A stretch of 60,273 bases of DNA, the filler included, from Nitrospinae bacterium RIFCSPLOWO2_12_FULL_45_22 (GTDB lineage: Bacteria; 2-12-FULL-45-22): the NCBI GenBank assembly GCA_001803565.1. It is 9 parts of 9 records of this genome, joined end to end, with 100 filler letters (N's around TTAATTAATTAA, not from the genome) between each part and the next. Parts side by side here need not be neighbours in the genome. Positions count along the whole stretch, not along the records: positions 10,790 to 15,811 come from MHDQ01000195.1; positions 15,912 to 31,083 come from MHDQ01000196.1; 7 more parts are not named here. One strand, given 5' to 3'. A program made the position numbers and the translations under genes. Position 1 is the stretch's first letter; every line of letters starts with the position of its first letter. Shown in pieces: positions 10,690 through 19,676 of the stretch. The notes under the pieces were generated by a model. The model worked only from the letters and a program-made list of their open reading frames with translations. It was not told the origin of the DNA and did no database searches.

Positions 10690-10789
10690 NNNNNNNNNNN
10701 NNNNNNNNNNNNNNNNNNNNNNNNNNNNNNNNNTTAATTAATTAANNNNNNNNNNNNNNNNNNNNNNNNNNNNNNNNNNNNNNNNNNNN

Positions 10790-10865
10790 TTGAACTACCG
10801 GGGTGAACGGATAACTCCCCGGACGGGACTTTAACCCGTAAGAATAAACAAATGTTACTGCGTAC
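10790..10865 (-). mobile_element. Probable 5' end (domain I start) of a group II intron, cut by the contig end
   Basis: Minus strand GTACGCAGTAAC...CGGGTTAAAGTCCCGTCCGGGGAG...CCCCGGTAG: GUGYG-like start and GGG-TTAAAGT-CCC hairpin typical of domain I; no RT gene visible. Confidence 0.55.
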
Positions 10866-10969
10866 GGACACCATACTTAATTATTGACTCAGTGTTGAAA
10901 AACGGTCAAGATTCCCCAAGATACCACAAAAGGAAAGCGAAGATTCCTAAAATTAAGTTTAGTGTCCCC
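10866..10969. repeat. REP-like inverted repeat GGACAC..ACTTAATT / AATTAAGT..GTGTCCCC
   Basis: Imperfect inverted arms; single arms recur near 11570, 27340 and 31213. Confidence 0.6.
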
Positions 10970-10994
10970 AGAATTTGTTAAAATGGAGGAAATA

Positions 10995-11556
10995 ATGATC
11001 AATGCCGATTTTGTTCGTTTATGGGCAGCAAAATATCCCAAAGATTATGATACACAATGTTACGAACCTTATATTCAAGAAGCTCGCTCTGTTGATATAC
11101 AAGCTTTGAGAAAATTAACTGAATGGAAAAATGTAAGCAGGAACGTACAACCTATGAAATTATGGAAAACCCATGAAGTAGCATTTCAGTATTTCATACA
11201 TAACCTAAAAGACTACTTAAAAGAAAATGGTTCAGCAAAACTTCGTCTAGATTTCAAAGATCGTGCACCTGTATGGTCTGTTTTCTGGCATCACGTGCTT
11301 TACAATATACCTATTTTCGATGTTTACACTCACATGGCATATCACTTCAGCGCCACAGGAGAGATGCCGACAAAAAAAAGCGAAAATATCAGCACCAGGT
11401 CACTGGTCACTCTATGATCGATATGTCATATGGTTTCACCATACATTTGAAGCAGTAAAAGCCGAATTACATTCTTTGACAGAAAGAGAATTAGACCACG
11501 CTCTTGTATGTTGGGGTGAAGCACAGAACAAGTCAAGCAAGAACCTATGTTTTTGA
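10995..11556 (+). pseudogene. Frameshifted hypothetical gene, possibly a helical DNA-glycosylase-like protein
   Basis: ORFs 10962-11417 and 11263-11556 join into one protein if the A8 tract at 11372-11379 is A7; ends RELDHALVCWG. Confidence 0.6.
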
Positions 11557-11627
11557 GAATACAAATTTTGGGGACACGTACTTAATTCTCTATGAATTAA
11601 AAATTCAGATAAAGGGGGTGCACTAAT

Positions 11628-12170
11628 ATGAAGTATCGTAACATAATGTCCATGTTGGTATTATCATTTATAATTGTTTCGTTATGCATTTCTTGTGCAC
11701 AGCCCCAGATGAAATCATACGATATGCTAGTAGGGTCGAATTATCAAAATATGCAATCAAGGTATAGGGAGCCAATAAACCCTCAAAACATTGCAATGCA
11801 AATCAAACAAGAAAAAGATATATATAGCAAAGAATATCTATTAGATGCAGTGGATGTTATTGGTAAATGTGATAAATTCTTAAATACTCCCAAATATGAA
11901 ATGTTTTCGGTTTCGTCTGAAATAAATACAGCTTTTAAAAAGCTTAAAATTAATCATGCCCAATATGCCAATTCCGTTCTTAATAAATATTTATCAGAAG
12001 TAATTACTAAAATTTCAACTATATGCGACAATGCAAATTATGTCGATGCTCAGAATTCAAGACCCGGCAGTCAAAAAGATTATGCTGGAGCTATACATAA
12101 ATTAGATGAAATTGGCATTTTGTTAGAAGAAATCAAACCATTAATTTCAGGAATTAATTCTGGACTATAA
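11628..12170 (+). CDS. Hypothetical lipoprotein
   Basis: Signal peptide ending LCISC (lipobox-like); RBS present. Confidence 0.7.
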   Translation: MKYRNIMSMLVLSFIIVSLCISCAQPQMKSYDMLVGSNYQNMQSRYREPINPQNIAMQIKQEKDIYSKEYLLDAVDVIGKCDKFLNTPKYEMFSVSSEINTAFKKLKINHAQYANSVLNKYLSEVITKISTICDNANYVDAQNSRPGSQKDYAGAIHKLDEIGILLEEIKPLISGINSGL

Positions 12171-12498
12171 ACACAAACCAAGGGGGTCTTTACAGGCGGT
12201 CGGAGAAGTTTCGTTCCCGGACAGCCTGTTTATTCTTGGAAGATCGAAAGGAAAGGATCACATCTTAAAAAATAAATATTGATATTTTCTATTGCGTTAT
12301 TATAGTGCTTTCTTACCAATTATTTAAGAATTAAGATGTGACCCTTACTCTGCCCCGAAATAGGTTTGTAGTTTTTTCAGATTTGATAATGAGGAGAGGG
12401 AGATTCTCTATGGAGGGATTTTTATTACAGGAAACAGTGTTGTTTTATCAATAACGCAAGTATGCACTAGAAGGTTCTGAGATTAGTATATATTTCCG

Positions 12499-12594
12499 GT
12501 ATAACGATAGAGTTCACCTGACGCCAACACTACAGGGCACAAACCTTTGAAAAACCACACGCTGTTGGCGGTCAAGTGTAGCGATTTGTTATGT
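12499..12594 (-). mobile_element. Integron attC site (cassette 3)
   Basis: Minus strand ACATAAC-aaatcgctacacttgaccgccaaca...tgttggcgtcaggtgaactctatc-GTTATAC, imperfect palindrome. Confidence 0.85.
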
Positions 12595-12643
12595 GGCCAC
12601 CTTTCAAATAGACCCCTAATGGCACCTAAATATGTTTGCCTAT

Positions 12644-12967
12644 TCAGGGCTTCAGGAAAGCGACAGCCAAGGAGCATAGCGAAATAAACAATGCTACTAT
12701 GGACATCCACATAGAAATTCTCCACCTTCTGTCCGATTTATTTTCATTTATTGTTTTTGCTATTAAGGCACCCATACAAGTATTCGCTTCCCACCAAGTC
12801 TCGTTGAGCTGATTATGCAGCTCTTTTACTTTTGCAAAATCCTTCCTATTTTCGGCTTGTTCTCGTATTAATAGTCCAATTTTCTGCCCTAGATTTTCAA
12901 CCCTCCTTTTCTCCTCACAGTCTGGGAAATTGGCTAGGTCTGGCAAAAAAGCAGGTTGGTTAGACAT
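12644..12967 (-). CDS. Cassette-borne hypothetical protein with C-terminal TM helix
   Basis: Start moved to MSNQPAF because the longer ORF runs through an attC; hydrophobic tail SMWMSIVALFISLCSLAVAF. Confidence 0.7.
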   Translation of the reverse strand: MSNQPAFLPDLANFPDCEEKRRVENLGQKIGLLIREQAENRKDFAKVKELHNQLNETWWEANTCMGALIAKTINENKSDRRWRISMWMSIVALFISLCSLAVAFLKP

Positions 12968-13004
12968 TGTATTGTTCCTTCTCAAATTTTCATGCTGTGA
13001 TGCC

Positions 13005-13099
13005 ACATAACGGGCAAGGTCACTTGCGCTGCCAATGACCCCTTGCTGCCCGTCAAGGCCGCAGACGTTCTCGGCGTCAAGTGAACCGCCTAGTTCGGC
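13005..13099 (-). mobile_element. Integron attC site (cassette 2)
   Basis: GCCGAAC-taggcggttcacttgacgc...gcgcaagtgaccttgccc-GTTATGT; R'' complements the GTTCGGC that opens this cassette. Confidence 0.85.
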
Positions 13100-13118
13100 A
13101 ATTTTCTGTATATGAAAT

Positions 13119-13246
13119 TGGCGGGGCGTGGGGGAATTGAACCCCCAGCGCTCACTCCCATATTTTAAGGGTATTATTTTGGGAAACTTACCTCCTCCCG
13201 CAGTGATGGGTATCACCCAGACCGCCCCAGAAGCGCTGTCCCCGCC
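13119..13246 (-). ncRNA. tRNA-like structured RNA candidate
   Basis: 3' end GGGGG-TTCAATT-CCCCC-ACGCCCC-G-CCA (T-arm, acceptor strand, CCA); 5' GGCGGGG and CAGCGCT pair with 3' CCCCGCC and AGCGCTG; no anticodon arm recognised. Confidence 0.5.
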
Positions 13247-13436
13247 GCTACGCACATCATCAAGATAGTTGAAACCATAATGCTTGCCTCCATTTTGATG
13301 TTCACAGTTACAAACAACGACATAGAGGTGACGATTTCAACTGAGAGAGCGCAGAGATTCCCCAAGAAAATACCCAAATAAGGGCTATTCTATCTTCAAT
13401 TTCATATAAATTTTAATTACCGTCTACAAGTATAAG

Positions 13437-14219
13437 TCATTTCAAACAGTTATACGTTTTACTATATAGAAACGTCCCTTCTCTGCTAGGGTAGCCATGG
13501 TAGAGCACATTTTCACGATCCGTGAATGAAGTTGCCCAGAACACAGAGTGGAACAAGTCGTAACCCGTGGTATTAAGTAAAGCCTTCCGTGCATCCTCTG
13601 CGCTGCCGAAACCATAAGCATCATATAAAACGAGAAAAATTCTCGGACACTGAGCTGGAACTCCTTTGTTTTCAAGTTTCATTCGTTTCTTAGTCACAGC
13701 CTCCTGGATAAGCCCTTGAAGTTCGTTGTGAATTTCACCTTCCCATTTTGCTTCAGGTACTTTACCTAGACCAACGGCAGCACCAGTGGCAAATAACTTT
13801 TGGATACTCAAGTGCCCTTGCTTTTCATCCAACAGCAAGGTTTCTACTGTGGATTCTTCTGAGCCAGTATCTCGAATAAACAAGAGAGCGTTCTTACAAA
13901 GTTCACGCCATTCTGCAGTATTTTGGCGCGGAAGGTTCGGGTGCCTTTTTACGTGTAACCAATATGTGCCAATCAAGCACCCTTCATCGGTGGCGCTCTT
14001 ATTCACTACATCTTTGAAAGTTGTACAGGCCGCATGATACGCCTGTTCATTGACAATGCTTGTGACTTCTACTGCATATCTTTGACCATCAAGATCGATC
14101 CAAAAATCGGGAGGGTCGTTTGGTTCCCGATGAACTTTAACATCCTGGTATCCACAATAATGTTTCAGTTTGTGTGCCAAAGAATCAACACAGACGAGTT
14201 CCTCATCAATACGATTCAT
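13437..14219 (-). CDS. Cassette-borne hypothetical protein, probable PD-(D/E)xK nuclease fold
   Basis: EPNDPPDFWIDLDGQRYAVEVT (PD...ExT variant); AGGAG RBS. Confidence 0.65.
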   Translation of the reverse strand: MNRIDEELVCVDSLAHKLKHYCGYQDVKVHREPNDPPDFWIDLDGQRYAVEVTSIVNEQAYHAACTTFKDVVNKSATDEGCLIGTYWLHVKRHPNLPRQNTAEWRELCKNALLFIRDTGSEESTVETLLLDEKQGHLSIQKLFATGAAVGLGKVPEAKWEGEIHNELQGLIQEAVTKKRMKLENKGVPAQCPRIFLVLYDAYGFGSAEDARKALLNTTGYDLFHSVFWATSFTDRENVLYHGYPSREGTFLYSKTYNCLK

Positions 14220-14251
14220 CTAGTTCTCCTTTTTGTTACTTCGGATCCCAT

Positions 14252-14323
14252 GCCGAACGCTGGAGCTGAGACGCGGGAAACGCGCCAGCGTTTTCCCGTC
14301 GATTCTCCAGCGACTTGTTAGCC
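14252..14323 (-). mobile_element. Integron attC site (cassette 1)
   Basis: GGCTAAC-aagtcgctggagaatcgacgggaaaacgc...gcgtttcccgcgtctcagctccagc-GTTCGGC; the upstream gene's TAA lies in R''. Confidence 0.9.
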
Positions 14324-14968
14324 CTTAGACCTAAACACCGGCCTGTTGAGAATGCCGTGAAGTGTGCCCTTACCGGAGATGACCTCTCTACAAGTCCTCT
14401 CAATATCGTCTACGATCTTGTCCAGCCGAGGATTGATGGGGTCTTCCTCCTGTAAACCTTCCCAGAACACTGCCTCATGTTTTTCAACACTTCTTTGATG
14501 CTGCTCCCATTGTTGCTCGATTCTGAAGTTTTCGCGTGCCCATAGCCTGGCAAGCATTCTTGCCGAGACAATTATCTCGCTAACAATCCTCCGCAAATCA
14601 TCAAAAGGCTTTGCTTTGTCTTTTCCAATTTGAGCCATGAAACGATACCGCATGGCATGCAACCTATTAAAAAGTTCCTGGTGATCGTTGTACCGTTTAA
14701 ACACAACACTTGCGTTCTTTCGAGCCTCGTAAGAAGTCTTAGACTCATGTTCACCTTTTTCAATAGACTCAGTTTCGCTGGAATAACTTGCCGGGTGTCG
14801 AATATGCCGGATCGCATCTCCCGCCTCATAGAAGAGAGCCAGGGTCTCCTCAGCGAGCTCAATCTGCCTTCTTCCCCTGTGCTCTCGTCTCCATGAATCA
14901 ATGCCGTAGATAGCAACCCAGGTTCCGATAAGAACTGATGCATCTCGTAGTGTTCCAATCCAGTCCAT
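14318..14968 (-). CDS. Cassette-borne hypothetical protein with N-terminal TM helix
   Basis: 216-aa ORF filling the cassette; N-terminal VLIGTWVAIYGIDSWRRE followed by a helical domain. Confidence 0.75.
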   Translation of the reverse strand: MDWIGTLRDASVLIGTWVAIYGIDSWRREHRGRRQIELAEETLALFYEAGDAIRHIRHPASYSSETESIEKGEHESKTSYEARKNASVVFKRYNDHQELFNRLHAMRYRFMAQIGKDKAKPFDDLRRIVSEIIVSARMLARLWARENFRIEQQWEQHQRSVEKHEAVFWEGLQEEDPINPRLDKIVDDIERTCREVISGKGTLHGILNRPVFRSKG

Positions 14969-14984
14969 ACGTACTCCAAAGAGG

Positions 14985-15025
14985 GGCTAACATTGATTAG
15001 ATTGATCCGCATAATATGCGGAATA
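14985..15025 (-). mobile_element. attI-like first recombination site of the array
   Basis: GTTAGCC core (14991-14985) complements GGCTAAC of attC1 and is not preceded by an attC hairpin; small TCCGCATATTATGCGGA palindrome upstream. Confidence 0.55.
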
Positions 15026-15530
15026 CAGGTATTTTGCCCATATAACATGCCTTTGATATGGCAAATACTATCGTGATAATTACTCCAGACACTGCCACTT
15101 GTGTCTCTTTGCACTTGTTATCATGTCGTCTTATACGGATCAGCATAAAATCCCCTTGTTCCATTTGATCTAATGACAATAAGTCTGCTCCGTGCGGCTG
15201 TTGTAATGACGCGAGGATGATAGGAAATTGTTTTTTCTTTAAAGAGGATGATAATACAAAAATGAAGAAGATTGCAAGTTCTTTTTAGTTTTTTCTGAGG
15301 AAGGAACGGGAGCGAATCTCTCCTTGCTGGGAAAAAATAGGGGGTCGCGTCTTGATTCTTGAATTTTAACTAACGCGAATCTGCCTCCTGACCGATCCCC
15401 CTGTCACGAACTCCCTGATGAGGGATGGAACCCTCGCCTCGTATCCGCCTGCCCCCGCTTCCACCAGCCGCTCAAGTTCAATCCGTTTGTGGTGGATAAC
15501 AGGGATAGATATTGACATCTGGAGAGAAAG

Positions 15531-15811
15531 TTGATTACATTACACAAACCTCATTCCCCTTTTAAAAAGGGAGAAGATGCTATTTTTACGATTTTTCAGC
15601 AGGGTGATTATGACGCTATCTGTAGTGATGACAAGAGATTTGTAAAAAGGTTACGCTTTTTTAATATTCCGTATATAACCCCTGCGGTATTTATTGCAAT
15701 TTTATTTAAAAATGGCAAATTAACAATACCTGAGGCTATGGAAAAACTGGATTCCTTGTCACCGTTTGTCAGTGATGAAGAATACAGCGCAATTAAAGCA
15801 ATTTTAGGAAG
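15531..15811 (+). pseudogene. PIN-like toxin fragment
   Basis: GEDAIF...AICSDDKRF...PYITP resembles the C-terminal half of a PIN domain; N-terminus missing. Confidence 0.5.
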
Positions 15812-15911
15812 NNNNNNNNNNNNNNNNNNNNNNNNNNNNNNNNNNNNNNNNNNNNTTAATTAATTAANNNNNNNNNNNNNNNNNNNNNNNNNNNNNNNNN
15901 NNNNNNNNNNN

Positions 15912-16901
15912 GGTTGCGTATTTCAAGTAAAAATTAGTATTGTCTAAATAGCTTAGGTGCGGATTATTGTCATTATCTAACTCTAAGGAAGTGTACCACC
16001 CTACATCCCCCTGGGTATCCACTGTATCCTTTTGCCACGCTGACCCATCAAAGTATATATATTTGAGGTTTTGACCAGTAGGCTCATAGTAGCTTATGTG
16101 GGGACGGTCATTAGTATCTAACTCCAGAGAGGGGAACCAAGCAGACTCACCACTCTTGTCAGTCTCGATGTTCCATTTGCTGCCATCGAATTTGGCATAT
16201 TTAAGGACATCATTTGTATCATCATAATAGGCGATAGCCGGGCGGTTGCTGGAATCTAAATCAATAGAGGTAAAATCACCTATACTAGCACTGCTGTCCA
16301 CGGTTTCTTTGATCCAGCTTGTACCATTATAATAAGCATGTTTCAGATATGCACTCTTGTGCTCCTGGTAGCTTATATGTGGCCTATCGTTACTATCCAA
16401 GGTAAGGGAAGCCCCCCCACTGGCCCCGCCACTATCTACACTTTCTATGGTCCATGAGTTACCGTCAAAAGAGGCATATTTAAGAGTACTATTGGTAGAA
16501 TCCAAGTAGGCAATGTGGGGTCGGTCATGACTGTCTAACTCCAGGGAGGAGTACCACCCGACAGACCCTGCACTATCTACAACTTGTCTAACCCATTCAC
16601 CTTTATCAAGATAGGCGTATCTCAAATCATAATTAGTATATTCTAGATAACTTATGTGGGGCCGGTTCTTACTGTCTACTTCTATTGATGTATACCAACC
16701 GATGTTGGGAGGATCGGTGGGATTGTCAGCGGTCATCACTTGCCACGCTGCCATAAGCGGTGATGGCGTGAAGAAAAGTGAGATTAATAAGATCAGCCCT
16801 GATATGGAACATCGAAGATCGGGCGCTCTAATATCTAGGTAATAGCAAAAGTTAGTTTGCAGTGCCTTTGATATGTATCTTAATAATCTTTTTATATTCA
16901 A
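15912..16901 (-). CDS. Secreted repeat protein (beta-propeller-like), 3' incomplete
   Basis: Signal-like segment, then at least six ~44-aa repeats VGWYSSLELDSxDRPHIxY...LKYA...W. Confidence 0.8.
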
Positions 16902-16922
16902 GACGACTTCTCCTATTTCTGC

Positions 16923-17831
16923 TTATGGTGGTGGTGGAGGTGGCGGTGGAGGTAGTACTGGTTTTAATGACCCTGCTTTTGGGTTATCCGTAGGTTGTTG
17001 TGGTATGGGGGGCAAGTCTGCTGGTTTATCCCTCGCCCCCAAGCTAGAAGCAATGTCCCGGATTGCAGTTGCGGCCTGCCCTGCTTCTCCTTCCGCTGGT
17101 GAAGTAACAAGTTCTTCCCCTTTGGCAGTAACTTCTTCGCTTAGGGCTTTTTCTGCAGGTGGTGTTTCGGCCAACTGTTTGCTTATCTGGGTATCCTGAA
17201 GCAAAGGGGCCTTCTGATCAGGTGGTGCGAGGATAGGAGGGGCAGGATGTTTACCAAGACTAATTTCTGTCATATAGTTCTCTCTGAGGATTTGTTCTCC
17301 TCCTACCTCGGCCAGGATATTCTTTACCAGGACTTCACCGGATAACACTATGACTATGGTCAGTTGAGGATTTACTACCCAGGTCAGAAAGTCGGTGCCC
17401 CGCGTAGATATGACGGCCGTTGGGGTTTCTATCTGGAAGCGGGAGCCTTCACCGGTAAAGGTCTTACCTACTATGGCCCTTACTTTGCCTGAAACCAGGC
17501 TGAAGACCGAGCTGCGGCGATCCTTCTCTGGTAGATAGACATGCTCATTGATCAGTAACTGGGTATTCTCCCCCAGGCTCAGGAGGCTATCATCGTCCAT
17601 TAGGAACTCTACCTTGCTGGCCTCTTTGGTCTGGACCGTATCGTTAAGGATTAAAGGATCGGTGAGTTTCATGGCCAGCCATTCTGTAGCCTTTTGATGG
17701 CGGTCTAAGGCCTGGCCCTTTAGGGCACTGACCGACCCAATAGGCTCCTGGGCCCAGAGCACATCAGGTAATAGGCAACACCAAAAGAAGATAATAAAAA
17801 TCAATAAACGCCTTATCATTTCTCTGATCAC
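16923..17831 (-). CDS. Exported FecR-domain protein with Pro-rich tail
   Basis: Signal peptide; DDSLLSLGENT, FQIETPTAVISTRGT; ends in poly-Pro. Confidence 0.85.
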   Translation of the reverse strand: MIREMIRRLLIFIIFFWCCLLPDVLWAQEPIGSVSALKGQALDRHQKATEWLAMKLTDPLILNDTVQTKEASKVEFLMDDDSLLSLGENTQLLINEHVYLPEKDRRSSVFSLVSGKVRAIVGKTFTGEGSRFQIETPTAVISTRGTDFLTWVVNPQLTIVIVLSGEVLVKNILAEVGGEQILRENYMTEISLGKHPAPPILAPPDQKAPLLQDTQISKQLAETPPAEKALSEEVTAKGEELVTSPAEGEAGQAATAIRDIASSLGARDKPADLPPIPQQPTDNPKAGSLKPVLPPPPPPPPP

Positions 17832-18015
17832 CCTATAAAAAATGTAACCAAGGGGGATAAAGGGATAGAGGAGATTAATGGTGATAAAAAATATTTATGT
17901 TATCTCCTTTTCCCCATAATCCCCAAATCTCCTTTCTTACACAAGTATCCACTGAGGACAGCCTTGAGTTACTTAGATAGAGCAAAAGTAAGTTTTAATC
18001 TCACTGCTCACTTTA

Positions 18016-19593
18016 TTAATATGCCAGGTTTAGGGTGGCAAAGACTAGTTCCCGGTCGTAGTCATATAGGGCCAAGTTAGAGTCATGGGTAATGTTCATA
18101 TATTTTACCGAGAGGGTATACCCCTTACCCAAATCAATCCCTACGCTAACCGCTGCACTATATTCCTTATCCCGCCTGGTTTTACGCAATGCTGTATCTG
18201 TGTGGAGAAAGTCCTGTCGGTAATAGTCGAAATCGAGGGTTAGAAAGAGCCTTTTCCAGATAAAACCCAGGGGGGTATAGAAACTAATAGAAGCTTTATT
18301 CCCTTGATAGTCCCAGTTCTCTCCCCGGGCCAGGTCATTATCATAGGCATAGCCCAGCTTTAGGTAGCGGGTATTCTCAGCAAAAAAGATATATTGCTGC
18401 AACCCGATCAGGTGGTTATAGGCATCACGATTAAACGGGGTCGAAATAGTTGTCGAATGGAAGTCCTTGTGCTGTAAGCGGTATTGGAGCTGAGTGACAA
18501 GATTAGGCCGGTACATGAAGGAGAAGATATTATTGAGGCTATTGCTGTCCAGATAGCGGTTGTTCTCCAGGAGATCATTGCTATAGTCGTAGCTCAGAAA
18601 CCAGTAATAAGTTTTTTCTTTATATTTGCCCTGGTAGGAAGAATAGAGGCTCAGGACATGATCTTGCAGATCAAAGTCCTCTAGAGAACTATGGATGCTT
18701 TGATACAGGGCATAGCGGGTATTTAGAGACCAATTGGGCCGCTCCCAGAGCCGATACTCACCACCCAGGGAAAATACCCCTTTAGTATTGCCTTGCTGGG
18801 TAACTTCCTGTACTACCGAGGTGTCACCGGGCTGCAGGATGACATTGTCATCGTACTGCGGGCTCATGCTGGCAAAGATACGCCAGCGTTTAGCCAATTT
18901 TTTACGCTGCTGGATATCCTCCAGATACTTTTTGGCGCCTAAGCCTAGCTCTGAGCCGGGGTCTATTTTTATACAGCCCTGGAATTCTTTCTCGGCCTCT
19001 TCCAGACGGTTCAATTGCGAATAAGCCAGGCCGGAGAAGAGATAAGCGGTTTGGGCAAGGGCCTTATCCAACTCCCGGGACTTAGTAAAGAGGGGTGGTA
19101 CCGGCTCATACTCTTTTGCTAAATAATGGATATAGCCCTGATAATAATATACCAGGGCACGTTCTGGTTGATATTGCTCTGCGGTGCGGAATTCCTGTAG
19201 GGCCTGAGCATACTTACCCATCTTGAAAGAGGTGATGCCCAGATCAAAATGGATAGTGGTTCGTTTAGGATCCAACTGAAGGGAGCGTTGTAAAGAGGCC
19301 AGGGCTTCGGGATACTGTCCCAGCTCTATCTGAGTAAGGCCGAGATAATAATGGGCCTCGGCATTTTGGGGCTGGGCTTTTATTGCTTCCTGGAGGGCTG
19401 TGAGGGCCTGGTTAAACTCTTTCTTATTATAAGCCAGCACCCCTTTGGAGAGATAAACCTCACCCTCACCATACTCGGCTGACCATGCCGTACTAATTAC
19501 GGCTAGAATCACGCTAATACTAACTACTAGCCCGAGACAACCCTTTGACCAGCCCACCTCTCTCTCCCGGATAAGTTTGGTTTGAGCGATCAC
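18016..19593 (-). CDS. TPR protein with C-terminal outer-membrane beta-barrel (DUF560/Slam-like)
   Basis: TPR repeats, QYDDNV barrel start, alternating aromatic strands, terminal LNLAY. Confidence 0.8.
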   Translation of the reverse strand: MIAQTKLIREREVGWSKGCLGLVVSISVILAVISTAWSAEYGEGEVYLSKGVLAYNKKEFNQALTALQEAIKAQPQNAEAHYYLGLTQIELGQYPEALASLQRSLQLDPKRTTIHFDLGITSFKMGKYAQALQEFRTAEQYQPERALVYYYQGYIHYLAKEYEPVPPLFTKSRELDKALAQTAYLFSGLAYSQLNRLEEAEKEFQGCIKIDPGSELGLGAKKYLEDIQQRKKLAKRWRIFASMSPQYDDNVILQPGDTSVVQEVTQQGNTKGVFSLGGEYRLWERPNWSLNTRYALYQSIHSSLEDFDLQDHVLSLYSSYQGKYKEKTYYWFLSYDYSNDLLENNRYLDSNSLNNIFSFMYRPNLVTQLQYRLQHKDFHSTTISTPFNRDAYNHLIGLQQYIFFAENTRYLKLGYAYDNDLARGENWDYQGNKASISFYTPLGFIWKRLFLTLDFDYYRQDFLHTDTALRKTRRDKEYSAAVSVGIDLGKGYTLSVKYMNITHDSNLALYDYDRELVFATLNLAY

Positions 19594-19676
19594 CCTAGAA
19601 GGGTGTTGAGGACGATATTTTGTGTTTATACCTCATTCTGTTAGGCATGTCAATCTTTTTATTTTATGGTATTGTT

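Noticed and set aside
13119-13228. Canonical tRNA (Ser, Sec or Pyl) gene
   Set aside because: No recognisable anticodon stem-loop or standard D-loop; kept only as a tRNA-like candidate
12644-13255. 203-aa ORF as a single gene
   Set aside because: Its 5' half reads through the tRNA-like element and an attC; the real start is probably 12967
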